From: Callorhinchus milii
Taxonomy: Eukaryota
Assembly (NCBI RefSeq): GCF_018977255.1
Contig: NW_024704742.1
Span: 105,278,001 to 105,342,000, forward strand
Reading direction: 5' to 3'
DNA: 64,000 nt
Part shown: positions 35,222 to 46,790 of the stretch, piece after piece
Numbering within the stretch: the stretch's first letter is position 1
How the letters are laid out: each line of letters begins with the position of its first letter
Position numbers and translations under genes: made by a program
Notes under the pieces: generated by a model
The model's database searches: none
Told to the model about the DNA's origin: nothing
What the model saw: only the letters and a program-made list of their open reading frames with translations

Positions 35222-38200
35222 TGTTGGAAAGTGGCAAAATTGTGGCATGATCTTTGATGTTTAAAGCACTTCTTGTTTTTTAGTTCTATTAATTATAGTT
35301 GAATTGTGCGGGAGATTTTTCCGCTTCCCTCCACCCCCCCACCCCCAAAAATATTGTTGAATGTTTCCTGTAGATGACTGTCTAATGAATTAATTTTAAT
35401 AATAAGTGAAGTTATATCTACCAATTTCTGTAGATTTTAGATTGAAACTCTAGTGTTGTTTGTGGCATCCTAAGGGATTGCTCTTTCAGGTACATCAAGA
35501 TACGTACGGCGCATTAAAGTTTATTTTTTTCAGTCAACATTTCTGGTTTCTATTGTAGTTTCTTTCTTCGAGAATTAAAATTTAATACAATTTGTAGTGA
35601 ATCATTTAAATGCACCGTTCCAGGAATCTGTAGCTCATTAAAACATTTGACCCTTGATTCCCACTACATTCATGCTGAGTAATCCCGACACATTTATCAC
35701 AGCCTCTTTCTGCTGGGTCTGCATGGCCACTGAAAAGCGTGTCGAATTTATTTTCAGACAGAGGGAAAAAAAGTGCAGCAAAGTGTTGGATCCTTGAAGC
35801 GATTAGATTCAGCAAACACAGACAAATCTTTAAATAAGATTAAAAAGCATTTATTTGTATTTTTAAGATGTGAAAATTGGGGAAACAAAACTAAATTAGG
35901 TCGCTGGCCCTTCATTGAAAAGCTTAGCTGAAGATCAACAGTATTGTCATTGATCTATTGACCGGAAAAGCTTGCTTCTGCCCTTTGAATACTGCTTGCC
36001 AGAAGGCCCTATGTAACCCTGTACAAAAACTTTTTGTTACCAGTTTGCAATAGTTCAGAAAGTGTCACTGTTGGACCACAGGATGTAAAATGGCCTTTGT
36101 CCCCATGAAAGGGACATTTCAAAAACTTTGCATTGCACATGCTGAATATTTGTCTAACTGTAGTCAGGATTGGGTTCACAGGGTTTAAAGAGATGGGAGT
36201 GTTGAGAAGAAAAGAACCCAAACAGGCAGGGAGGACTTGGCCTTCCAGCCAGTATAATCCCTTCTTCTGCTGGATGTGCCCAGGCCTGACACCCCATAAC
36301 AAAGGACACTGAATTAGAAATGATGGGAGCTGAGGGCCGTTCCATTGGAAGCACATGTCATGGCCCACAGTTCATGTCAGGTCTCTGTTTGATGGCTTTT
36401 ATTTCACCTGACACATGAGGGAAAGGTTTACAGAAGGGAAGTCATTACATAAGCTCGGCCAATGTCAGATCAAAAGTGGCCTGTGATCAAACAACCTAAA
36501 GGGTTGTGGAAGAAGCTTTTCTTTCTGCCCCCAACACCTGGCTGATCACTGAGTGAAAAATATCCCAATCCCTCAGATTGTGCCGATGTACTTTGATGTA
36601 CAGTCAATGTAGGATGTTAGCGGGAATACAAACTTCAAAAGGGTGGTTCATAAGATGCTATAGCTTAACAAGAAGTTACAGGAAAAGTTTTGTGAGTCAA
36701 GGTACTTTGTTCTCTAGAGAGAGCGAGAATGTATTATCTCTTGTGGGTGCATCTTAAAGATGTACAAATAAATTTGAACTATAAACATTTGAAAAAAGCA
36801 CTGTTTGATTTTTCAACCGATCATGGTCAAGGTTAGTAATAATTTAGTTATTGTTCTACAGTTGTGAAAACTGGGATCAAAATTTGCTGTGAAATTTTAT
36901 AAGTTCCAGTCTCTTTCTTCTTTAGGTCAGGATGTTGCTTTTCGGTTAGAATTAGCTTCAGTCTGGTGTGAAATAAGAGTGCATTTGGCGATATATATAC
37001 AAACATAAAAAAGATGACGCATAAATGAACACAAAGATAGAAATATATACATATTAGTGGCTGTTACGTTTGTAATTAAAATTGTGTATTAAGTGTGTCT
37101 GTCTTACATGATGACATAGCTACATTTAAATAAATATGGTATATATGGTTGTGATTTTATGACAAGATTATGACTTTTATTCCAGATGCATTAATATGTT
37201 GGCAGCTATGATTTCTTTTCGAGAAACCTCTTGCGTGATCAATTCTGGAAGGGGGAAGACACGGAAATGAAACGTGTTTTTTAGGATTTGGTTTTAACCA
37301 TAAGGAAGACTGCCTGTTTGTTGTAGCTCTCGACTCACTGGAGAGGATAATGAAATTAATGCACTCCACTGGCGGGTTATACAGCCGATTGTATGTTTGA
37401 ATCAACTTTCCACACAAATGATCTGGTGATTTATAAACTGAAATCTTCATACATATTATATGATTTATGCTGAGGAATATTATTAAAAATGACCACTACA
37501 CAGGCAATTTGTAACATATTAAGAATGATGATGAGCTGAAATACCATAACGTACAGATCTTTGTAATACAGTAATTGCACAGTTTATTTGTCTTGTGTGG
37601 GATTTATGTCCTCATTATTTGTTAATAAGCACAGCGATTACCTCACAACCCTGAATGGTCTTAAGTGAACCCCATCACACAGCTCTAGGTGGAATTGGGA
37701 TTACAGGGCACAATGAGAGTTTGAGCACTGGTGATCACTGTCTGCACAGAAGCAAAAAATATGTCTCTTCTGCCCCTTCCCACGCAAAATAGTAACAGAA
37801 CACAATCATCGAGAGGGAATATTTTCAGTGCACTAATCTGACCCTGGGGTTCAGACTGACCTCTTCAAATCCCGACATCTTTCCTCTGTTAATTCAGGAT
37901 GAGATTTAATACGCTGGGATTTGTAACATATTAGCGGCTTGTTCTTGTTCCTGGGTGTACGTCCAGCAGTCTCGTGTGAAATCTGCTCCGACTCAGTCTA
38001 CTCCCAGAGATGAGTTCTTGCAGATCAGCATGACATGCTTAGCGAGCAGCCGATGCTATTTGTGACTTATATTACAATTCGATACACGTTTGCTCTGTAT
38101 CCCACCTACACGTCCAATGTCAGATAAACCAAATAAAAATAGTTTTTAAGATCTTCGTTTGAAAATAAGACACCAATTTCAGGAAAGGATATGATTTGTG

Positions 38201-38287
38201 TTCTGCTGGTGGTTGCGTGAAGGATTTTACTGAAAGGGCAAAAATCATTTTGCAGATTCGTTTATGCAGGTGGTACATGTCTTGGAT

Positions 38288-38500
38288 TGGGAGAGAAATT
38301 CTCCGTTTTCTCAACACTTCAAAGAATGCTGAATTTGGCAAATTGTTAAATTTAGCCTTAACTTTGTGATTTTTAAAACAGCTTTGAGGAGAAAAAAAAA
38401 GGCTTTGAGTTAAGACAGTATTTAAGAATTTGCCAAAATCTCTGAAGCTCTGAAATGCTAAGAAAATAGAGTAAATCTAGACTTGGTGGAATTTCTAACC
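38288..38500. mobile_element. Palindromic MITE-like element
   Basis: Inner arms tttggcaaattgttaaat / atttaagaatttgccaaa (17 of 18 complementary); ends agaaattc / gaatttct. Confidence 0.55.
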
Positions 38501-38834
38501 AGTTTACTTTATAATGCAGTTTTCGGCCAGCTGTTAATCAAATTGGTAAGGTGCTTGAGGCATCTGCAGTGTTTATCTGTTAAAAAATGAAAGTTTGAGG
38601 ATTGAACGTATGCATCTACAATCTGTCAAACGGATTTTGTAATGTATATTTTTGATATAGAAATCCACTGGGCTTTTTTTTTAGAAATTATTCTTTGTAT
38701 TATTTGAACAAATCAAAAAGCTAATTGTATTGTTTTCAAATAAATATGTAAAACTATTTATGGAGGAGCTCTAGGTGTGCTAATAAAAATGCTTACATCC
38801 TTATACCAGAATATAGTGTTCTGAAATTTAAAAA

Positions 38835-39120
38835 AATACTTACATTTGATATAGCGCCTTTTCACGTTGGGAGGACGTCTCGAAGCGTTTCACACTGTAA
38901 AATGTGGTGGCTGTATACTTTGTGGGCGAATGCATCAGCTGATGTACACACAGCAATATCCCACAAATAGCCAGGAAGTGAATGACCAATTTTATCTAAG
39001 ATTATTGATCAGGATACAGGGTGAAATTCCTTTCTCTTTTCAAATAGTGCCGGGGGGATCTTCCACGTTCACTTGAACAGGCAAACAGGTCCTCGGATAA
39101 CATCTCATCCGAAGGGTGCC
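38835..39120 (-). mobile_element. Deu-domain SINE, 5'-truncated
   Basis: catttgatatagcgccttttcacgttgggaggacgtctcgaagcg...aaatagtgccggggggatcttccacgttcacttgaacagg...catctcatccgaag. Confidence 0.75.
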
Positions 39121-40250
39121 TGGTCACAATTTGATGTATGTTATTAATGTGGTTTAGTCTGCATTTGTAATTATTGTAAATGACGCGTGTGCAGTAGTAA
39201 GCAACATGGTAAGTTAATGCTTCTACAATTAATATCTTGTGATCCCATTTTCCTTGTCAGTGCTTCTGAACACTTGCTTCAGAAGAGCACTCCTCCTTAA
39301 GCACAACCTTCTTTTTGCTCTCGTTCTGCTGCATTCTCTTTGAGGTTATCTAATTCATCCCAGTTAGCCAAATCTTCAACCTTTGACCCATGGTGAACTC
39401 ACTGACACATGGGGAAGAAATCAGATCTATTTGGCTCACGGCAGTGAAATTGCGCCTAGGTTTTTTAATTTGTCCTTTTTCTTTCAGTAACGTGAAATAT
39501 TTCATTCTGGTACTGTTCAGAAAGAAAGACAATATCAGATGGGATCAGAATAAGAATATTCTTTAGATGGAAGGAATTCATAAATGAAAATGAATAAAAA
39601 CTGCAAGTCAAAAGGGAAAGCAAACCAGAACAGAAATATTAAAAAAAATTAAAACAGGAAAAGGTTTTACATTTTATAAAGCAAAAATGGAACCAAAGAG
39701 GAAGAAAATACTGTACAAAAGTGGTTTAATAAAAAAAGTTATGAAAGAGGAAACCCATAGATTTTCAAAGGGTTATCATGGTTATTGGTGCAGCATTTGG
39801 AGGCAAGTTCCAGGCTTCAAACAGCAGGTAATGTGGTCTGAAAAACTGATATTTTTTTGTATGAGGTAGATGCATTGTCCCATCTACAACGTCTGCCCCA
39901 ATAAACCAAGTGAGTGCAGATTCATTCTCAGGTGTTATTCAATGAGATGAAGCACTGAATGTGGTGGAATGTCCAATCCCATCAGGACCAAAGCACAGTG
40001 ATAATGTAACAAGGTCAGATAAGTGAAGATGCCCCTTTCTCAAAGGATCTAAGTTCTAATGACCGCAACACAGCTAATTTTTATCAGATCAAAGAGTGAG
40101 ACATTGCTTAGAGGAATAAGTAATCAGGGCAGATATGCAATATGACTTGAGTTTCTGAACTTGTTCAAATATTGGTCTCTTACTGTTTTCTCCCCTGCTC
40201 TCCTGAAGTTGCTGACTTGTGTGTGGGGGTTAAAGGTTACAGTTACCGAT

Positions 40251-40570
40251 TGCTCTCTGGTAACTAGCCCATATGGCATTCTTCATGTGAGAATTTGTAG
40301 GTTATTTTGGTGGTGGTTGAACCTGATCCTGGCCTCATTCAGGCTCTACAAAAGTATATTTTCCAACAGGATCCCTCCCGGATAGGGATCAGGTGTTGGC
40401 TTTATTTGATCTTCTCTCTGTCTTAAGGGTACTGAGACCAAGTGTTGAATTCCTACAACTGGTTCGGCTGAGATTAGCAAACTCGGCTTGACCCAGGGAT
40501 TGAATCTAGGAGTTTATGGCTCCGTTTCACACTGACTTCGTATTTACTAACTGAGAGATAATGGAGCCCT
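40251..40570 (-). mobile_element. Old SINE family B
   Basis: Minus strand begins ctcagttagtaaat...attcaatccctgggtcaagccgagtttgctaatctcagcc (A/B-box-like); similar head at 46461 (+). Confidence 0.55.
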
Positions 40571-40965
40571 TCTGAACCAGTTTTTATCAGCTTTGTACAG
40601 TCAGCCACATCAATGAAAACATGCAGACAAGAAAACCTGGCAAGTTTTCTGAAGTCTGAAGTTTTGCAGACGATTAAAAAGAATGAATGTTTTCATACCA
40701 AACAATCCACATTTTATAATTGTGTTATCAAGCCAACACTGTATGAATACTTTCAGACACCTTACCTCACATAACTATGGAAAAATATAATTCTATGCTA
40801 TTTTGGCACTCCTCCTCCCATCTCAAGTAACCAGTTCTAAGTGTACAATGTACTTTCCAAAAATCCATCAACTTTCAATGAGTTTTACTATTCCGTACCA
40901 GTATTGCCAACAAGAATATTTGGGGTTTTCAAATGCTCGGAGATGCCGCCCCGCGTGTATGGCAC

Positions 40966-41312
40966 TGTCCTGCAGCTTAGTGGTTTGAGCACTTGCGTTG
41001 CAAGTGAGAGACCTGGCAGGGTGAAATGTTGGACAAGTTTCCTTACTCCACATACCCCTGTTTACCTAGCAGTAAGTAAGAACCCGGTTGTTGGTTGATT
41101 GGCGGATCACTTTTCCGGGGGTAATAATTCCTTCAAAAAATAATAATAAATTGGTCACTTAATCCATAACTGTTTGTGGGACACTGCTGTGCGCAATTAG
41201 CTGCCACGTTTCGCCCACAAAATATACAGTCAATTCATTTTACAGTATATTCTGTGAAGCGCTTTGAGACATCTCGAAGATGTGATGGGGCTCTATATCA
41301 AATGCAAGGATC
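40966..41312 (+). mobile_element. SINE family A (long form; B-box region deleted)
   Basis: gtcctgcagcttagtggtttgagcacttgcg...ctgtttacctagcagtaagtaagaacccgg...gtgaagcgctttgagacatctcgaagatgtg...aaatgcaagga. Confidence 0.85.
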
Positions 41313-41550
41313 TTTTTTTAATATTATTGTATAAATGTAAGCTGCTCTCTGGTACCTAGCCCATATGGCATTCTTCATGTGTGAGACAGTGAGGGTTTGT
41401 AGGTTATTTGACACTGGAGAACCTGATCCCGAAAGGCGCTATACAAATGTAATTTTGTTGTTGTTGTTGTTCAAAGACGCTTCAAAGCAGATGCTAAAAG
41501 AAGTTGCTTTTGGCTTGGTTTTATGCTGTGGACTCCTATCCACTCCTGAA

Positions 41551-41763
41551 GCCTTCAGCTCCCCTCTCGACTCTCTTCCCCCTTCTCGCTCCCTCCCATC
41601 CCTCCCCTCACCCTGACCATTTCCCCCCTCCTCGCTCCCTCCCCTCCCCTCACCCTGACCATTTCCCCCCTGCTCGGGTCATGACCCAACTGTGCAGCGC
41701 CTTGGGACGTCCTCCTGACGTGAAAGGCGCTTTATAAATGGAATCTTGTTGTTGTTGTTGTTG
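41551..41763 (+). mobile_element. L2-clade LINE 3' UTR with internal ~40-bp duplication and (TTG)n tail
   Basis: cctcccctcaccctgaccatttcccccct occurs twice; ends gcgccttgggacgtcctcctgacgtgaaaggcgctttataaatggaatc(ttg)n. Confidence 0.85.
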
Positions 41764-41779
41764 AAGTCTGATTCCTCGT

Positions 41780-41912
41780 AGAATCATAGAATTATACAGC
41801 ACAGAAGGAGGCCATTTGGCCCATCGTGTCTGTGCCGGCTGTTTGAAAAGAGCTATCCAATTCAATACCACTCCCCTACTCTCTCCCCATCACCCTGCAA
41901 ACTTGTCCTCCC
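41780..41912 (-). mobile_element. CR1 LINE 3' end
   Basis: agaatcatagaattatacagcacagaaggaggccatttggcccatcgtgtctgtgccggc; (ATTCTATG)-type CR1 terminal repeat on the minus strand. Confidence 0.8.
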
Positions 41913-43054
41913 CATTGCTCAAACTAATTTCACTCTCGGCTCTTAATCGCTGATGGCAGGAATGGGAAACTTTAATCTCATATCTCTGAATGGCTTTGAA
42001 GCTATGTTTCAAGTACATTCAGGTGCACATTGGTAGACAGTTCCTGAATGCTTTCTAATTGGTGAGGTGGAGTTCTCGTGCAATATTCAGTCTGCTTCTG
42101 AAGGACAAGAAAGTGAGGAATTCAGTTCAGTGCTGTGCAGTCTAAGAACTTACAGTACAAAGAACATTGAATTGTAATACATTGTTCATTTAAGTGAATT
42201 GATTCATCTGTGAAAACTAAGTAAATGATACCACAGTATTTTATGAGTTTATTTAAGATGTAATGAAGTGTATTGTACATGCAAGACAAAGCAATATCCT
42301 TCATATAGTGGACAGAAGATTCACTTGCGTCACTGAGCAGTAGAATTTGAATATGAAGCATTTATGAACTTGATATTCTGATGACTGGAAGCGAGGGACT
42401 GTTGATTAGTCTGTGTTGCCGTGATTTGGCATTTGAATAGATATTAACTATTGAGCTATCTATGTCGACGTCTTTCGAGTAACACTGGGTATGGTTATCA
42501 CGCCAGCATACCTATTAAGTCCTTTTGTTTGACAGAATTTCAGACTGTTTCCTATGGTTTCTCATATGTCTTCACTTTTATGACTGGAGGTTGGTTCTTT
42601 ATGCACTCTAGATTATCCAGACAAAAGGTTAAACTCTTCCTGGAACATCAGGAGATTATCGTATTTACAGTACTGTAGACTTTATGTTTTTCCAATTGCA
42701 AAGCCAAGTTTAAAATTGAGTTCCTATTCTTCTGTCTTTAATCTGCTTCAGGTTATCTTTGATCATCCTTTAAAGTTTTTATTATTAATAACAGATAATA
42801 ATTAGGCTAATTTAATAGTAATTCTTACATTTGATATAATTCATCATCCCTTCATCCAAGCTTCTCAAAATGCTTCACATGATGTACTGTAGTGTGTAAG
42901 CAAACTTCTGCACAATGTAATGAAAACTTAGTTTTGTAAGATCCTATATTTAGTCACTTCATTTTTAGATTGCCTTACAATTTTTATAATAATAATAGGT
43001 TCCTCCCCTCACAGCCATGTAGCTTTAGATCCAGCCGTTGAATTAATTTGATAA

Positions 43055-43345
43055 TAAACTATCTTTGCACCTGATATAGAGCCTTTCACAACAGAGGACG
43101 TGTAAAAACGCTTCACAGGATATACTGTAAAGTAGAGTGATTGCATTTGTAGGTAAACACGACAGTCAGTTTGTGAAGAGCAATGTCGCACAAATAGCCA
43201 AAAGGGAATGACCAAGTTATTTGGGGGATTGATGGCCAGGATATGGGTTAAAACTTCTTTTTCTTATTGAATAGTGCTATGGGAACTTTAATGTCCACCT
43301 GAACAAGCAAACAAGACCACGGTTTAATGTCACATCCAAAGGATG
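43055..43345 (-). mobile_element. Deu-domain SINE, 5'-truncated
   Basis: Shared tail plus gaatagtgctatgggaactttaatgtccacctgaac...cggtttaatgtcacatccaaagga. Confidence 0.7.
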
Positions 43346-43567
43346 AATTTAAAATAAAATTGAACTTGAAAGCCTTTGGGTTGGGGAGATGCTGTTCTGC
43401 ACACAAATTGAGTCATTTTTTAAAAAAAAATAAAGATTTGGATTTCAAGGCCAAAAGTTTGTGCTGGAGGGTTAATTCTAAGGATTCCTTGTAACTTGGC
43501 CTTTAGAAAAAGGAGTTGTATCAGGCAAGGACATCAATGGAATTACTTCTTTACAGTTCAGTATAAC

Positions 43568-43586
43568 TGTCGCTAGATGGCAGCCA
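43568..43586 (+). promoter_or_regulatory. Candidate CTCF-binding motif
   Basis: tgtcgctagatggcagcca resembles the CTCF core (CC[A/G]C[C/T]AG[A/G][G/T]GGC[A/G]); lies in non-repeat sequence. Motif match by eye only. Confidence 0.4.
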
Positions 43587-45157
43587 GAGAAACATAATTA
43601 AAAACTGAGCAGATTAAAGCACATTTAATAGCTCATCGTTTGCCAGGTATTTTAACTGCAATTGCATCTCATTCAGTATTCATTACTTGTACATTTAAAG
43701 GATCCTGATGGATTCTTGAAGATTAGGAATTCACCACTTGCTGCACTGGGACAATTACAGGCAGGTCAGTTCAACCTAGGCACAAATTTACTACGGTCTA
43801 GCAGACTGTATCATCAGTTAAGTTGCTGCCAAAAAACAATGAGCCTTCCTGGTGTGATACAAAAGTAATGAGAAATTTTGGACATCCATTGCGATTACCA
43901 TACATACCTTTTGAATAAAGTCATAGCGGGATCCTGTATTCCATTGCAGCAGAGATAGAAAGGTGTGGCTGTAAAAGGGAAGTTTATTGGTACATATTAT
44001 CCTCGCATGAACATTTTACTGTTGATTCGTCTTTCATTGTCAGATATTGTATTTCTGCTGTGGATTCTGTTCTTTATACAATGGAGGTGGCTCCAGAAAC
44101 CATTGAGTGACATGACTGATTCGGATTCAACTTGGCAATGTGAGTGTGTGTGCTTGTGTAGTTCAGGGCTCAATGACATAAGAATATTACATGGATGGTC
44201 CCATCGCTCAGCACTCTTATGCTTCGCTTTATCCCCTTAACTCTGTAAAAGGGAGTGTTTATTCTTCACCCAACAGGAAATTGTATTTTGTTTGCAATTT
44301 GATGGCACAAACACAACAAAAGTGGATATGCAGTGTTGCTTTTTTATGTTTAAAAATGGGTGCTACTTTGAATGTTTTCCCATTACCATGCATTCCAATG
44401 GTTGTGTAGTTTTGTGCATGTAATTGCTAACCTTAGTCATATATTAACAGCTCTGCATGTTCTGGGTGATTGCCATACAGGAAATATTCCATGAATTATA
44501 CAAAGTTTACAGGAAAGAACAGGCCATTCAGCCATAATAATTGGATTCTCTCATGCGCAGAATTCCATAAAGGGGACCTTATGTTGGGGGTGGGGGGAGG
44601 AGATGTTATTTTAGATCCCACCAGTGGACTGACTTGATAAAGTAAGAGCAGCAACATTGCAAGTGCGTTACTATCAACACCAGGAGTGAGTGACATACAT
44701 TGTCTTGTGGATCATTATTGAGTGCTCTGAGATGCTACCCGTATGAAGGATGTTATATAAATACAAGTTGGTGTTGTTATTGTGCATCATGTTTACTCCA
44801 CATGTAAAGTTGCTGATTAAAGTTTGTTTTATTTGTGCACAATAGTAACCTGGTCACAAGTAAATTTTTCTTACTATCCCTTACAGTTTCTCTTCTTTGG
44901 GACAGCAAAATAGTTCTGGGGCAGTTCTTGTTCATTGCAGGTACAATCCCAAGCACTTTGGGACATCCTCCCAACATGAATTGCCCTATATGATTATAAA
45001 TTTGTATTGTACAGTACATTGAATGTTTTGTAAGCATTTCACTGGTGTCTTTATTGAAGCCTGGAAAACTTGATGCTAAACTCCCCTTGGCCAATCTTTC
45101 TATATCAGTGTCCAGTAGTTTCAGGCAATGTTTTTGCAAAGAATTCCACTAGCAGGT

Positions 45158-45465
45158 GAGTCGGTAACCAGGGGACATAGATTTAAGATAATTGCAAAAG
45201 AGCAAGAGGGAAGATGAGGAGAGTTGTTTTTACACAATTTTTTTTTGTTACGGTCAAGAATGCACTGCCTGAAAGGGTGGTGGAAACAGATTCAGTAACA
45301 ACTTTCAAAAGAGAATTGGATAGGTTGTTGAAAGGGAAAAAAATTGCAAGCCTATGGGGAAAAAGCGGGGGAGTGGGACTGATTGGGTACAAAGACCCAG
45401 CACAGGCACGATGGGCCGAATGGCCCCCCTTCTGTGCTGCAATATTTTATGATTCTATGATTGTA
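45158..45465 (+). mobile_element. CR1 LINE 3' end
   Basis: accaggggacatagatttaag...NALPERVVETDSVTTFKRELDRLL...gatgggccgaatggccccccttctgtgctg...atgattctatgatt. Confidence 0.85.
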
Positions 45466-46460
45466 TGATAATTAGGTTGGAAATCTGTCCTGCTATGTAT
45501 GTAACGCAGAATAAATTGCTGGTATTGATTTTGGCAATTCTCAGTTGCTTCTTGCACAGTCAGATCTGAAATTGAAACTAGCTCTGAAATAATATTGTAG
45601 TAATTTGTGTGCAACTGACTGAAGAATAGCTATAAATCACTGGACCTGAGCAAGGAGGGCTATTAGAGAGGGAGTGAAATCCTTGGAAATGGCCTGGTTC
45701 TCCACGAACACTAGTTTCTTATTTCATACAATGACAGAACTCTTTGGTAAAAGACAGTGTAGAATTGCAGTTGGTTACACAGCATAGCAATGAAACACCT
45801 AGAAAATTGCAGTGTATCAGAATAGTTAAAGCACGGGATGTGCTAAACATATGCAGGAGCTCTCAGCAGCCAGTTTCAGAAGGCACTGGTGGAAACTGGA
45901 AGGAAAAACAATTAGCTGGAAAAATAGCTTGTTGGTTTATTTTCTTTTTGCAGTTTGTGTTAAGTTGTACGTTAGTTAAACCGTGATTCTAATTTGGGGG
46001 TTGATCTGTTGTTAAAGTGCATCGAAATTGGTGACTGAGCCAGACTCTGGATTGAAGTGCTTCATGCTTTCAATACTACGTATTCATGTTTACACCTGTC
46101 ACAACCCTCTCTGTGATCTGTTTTTCTCCTGTAATTGCCTCAGTAAAGAGGAGCAAATAGGCGTAACAGTTAAATGATTGGGATGGCTTTCCTTAAAACA
46201 TTGTTGTGTTTTGGAATGAGCCAGTAATCTTTCTTGCAAGTCTTAATTTCTAGCAATGGGCTATTTTCTACTTTACATTTGGTGCTGTTGAAAGTTTATG
46301 ATGCATTGCTGTAGCACCTATGCAAACGGCAATGATCATTATGTTCTGTCGGGTTAGAGGTCTGTGAAAGAAATCAATGAACCAAATGTACAAATTCAAT
46401 TTTTAGGTACATTGCAGATTATTAATGATGATTAGAAACAGAATTATAGCTTTCTCTTTT

Positions 46461-46790
46461 GGCTCAGTGGGTAAATTCAGAGAGGGCCAAAGTCATACTG
46501 ACCAGAAAAGTTGGATCCCTGTAAGAAAAAACAGCAGGGGATAACAGGACTTGGTGAAACCCCCCCATATATACTTGTGTACATATGCCCGGCTGAGAGC
46601 GAACAGCATCAATAACTTTCTCTCTCTTCCCAACACCCTCCCCCCCCACCTCCCCAATTGCACCTTTGAAGAAGGAAATCAGAAGGTAAAATCGCCCAGT
46701 CACAAGGCTCATAAGTGATTGGTTCAGTGTCAATCTGCCTGGTGAGTGTTGAGGTCTAAAATGACCGCCTTGCTCAGAGGAACGGAAGCT
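46461..46790 (+). mobile_element. Old SINE family B, diverged copy
   Basis: Head ggctcagtgggtaaat...gaccagaaaagttggatccctg; later cagtcacaaggctcat...ggtgag...cttgctcagaggaa. Confidence 0.4.

Noticed and set aside
36905..36931. Recursive splice site tctttcttctttAG|GTcagg
   Set aside because: The regenerated donor is weak; such AGGT matches are expected by chance in 57 kb.
39260..39290. Small hairpin gtgcttctgaa...ttcagaagagcac, and a similar one at 51478-51501
   Set aside because: Stems of about 8 bp are expected by chance at this window size and composition.
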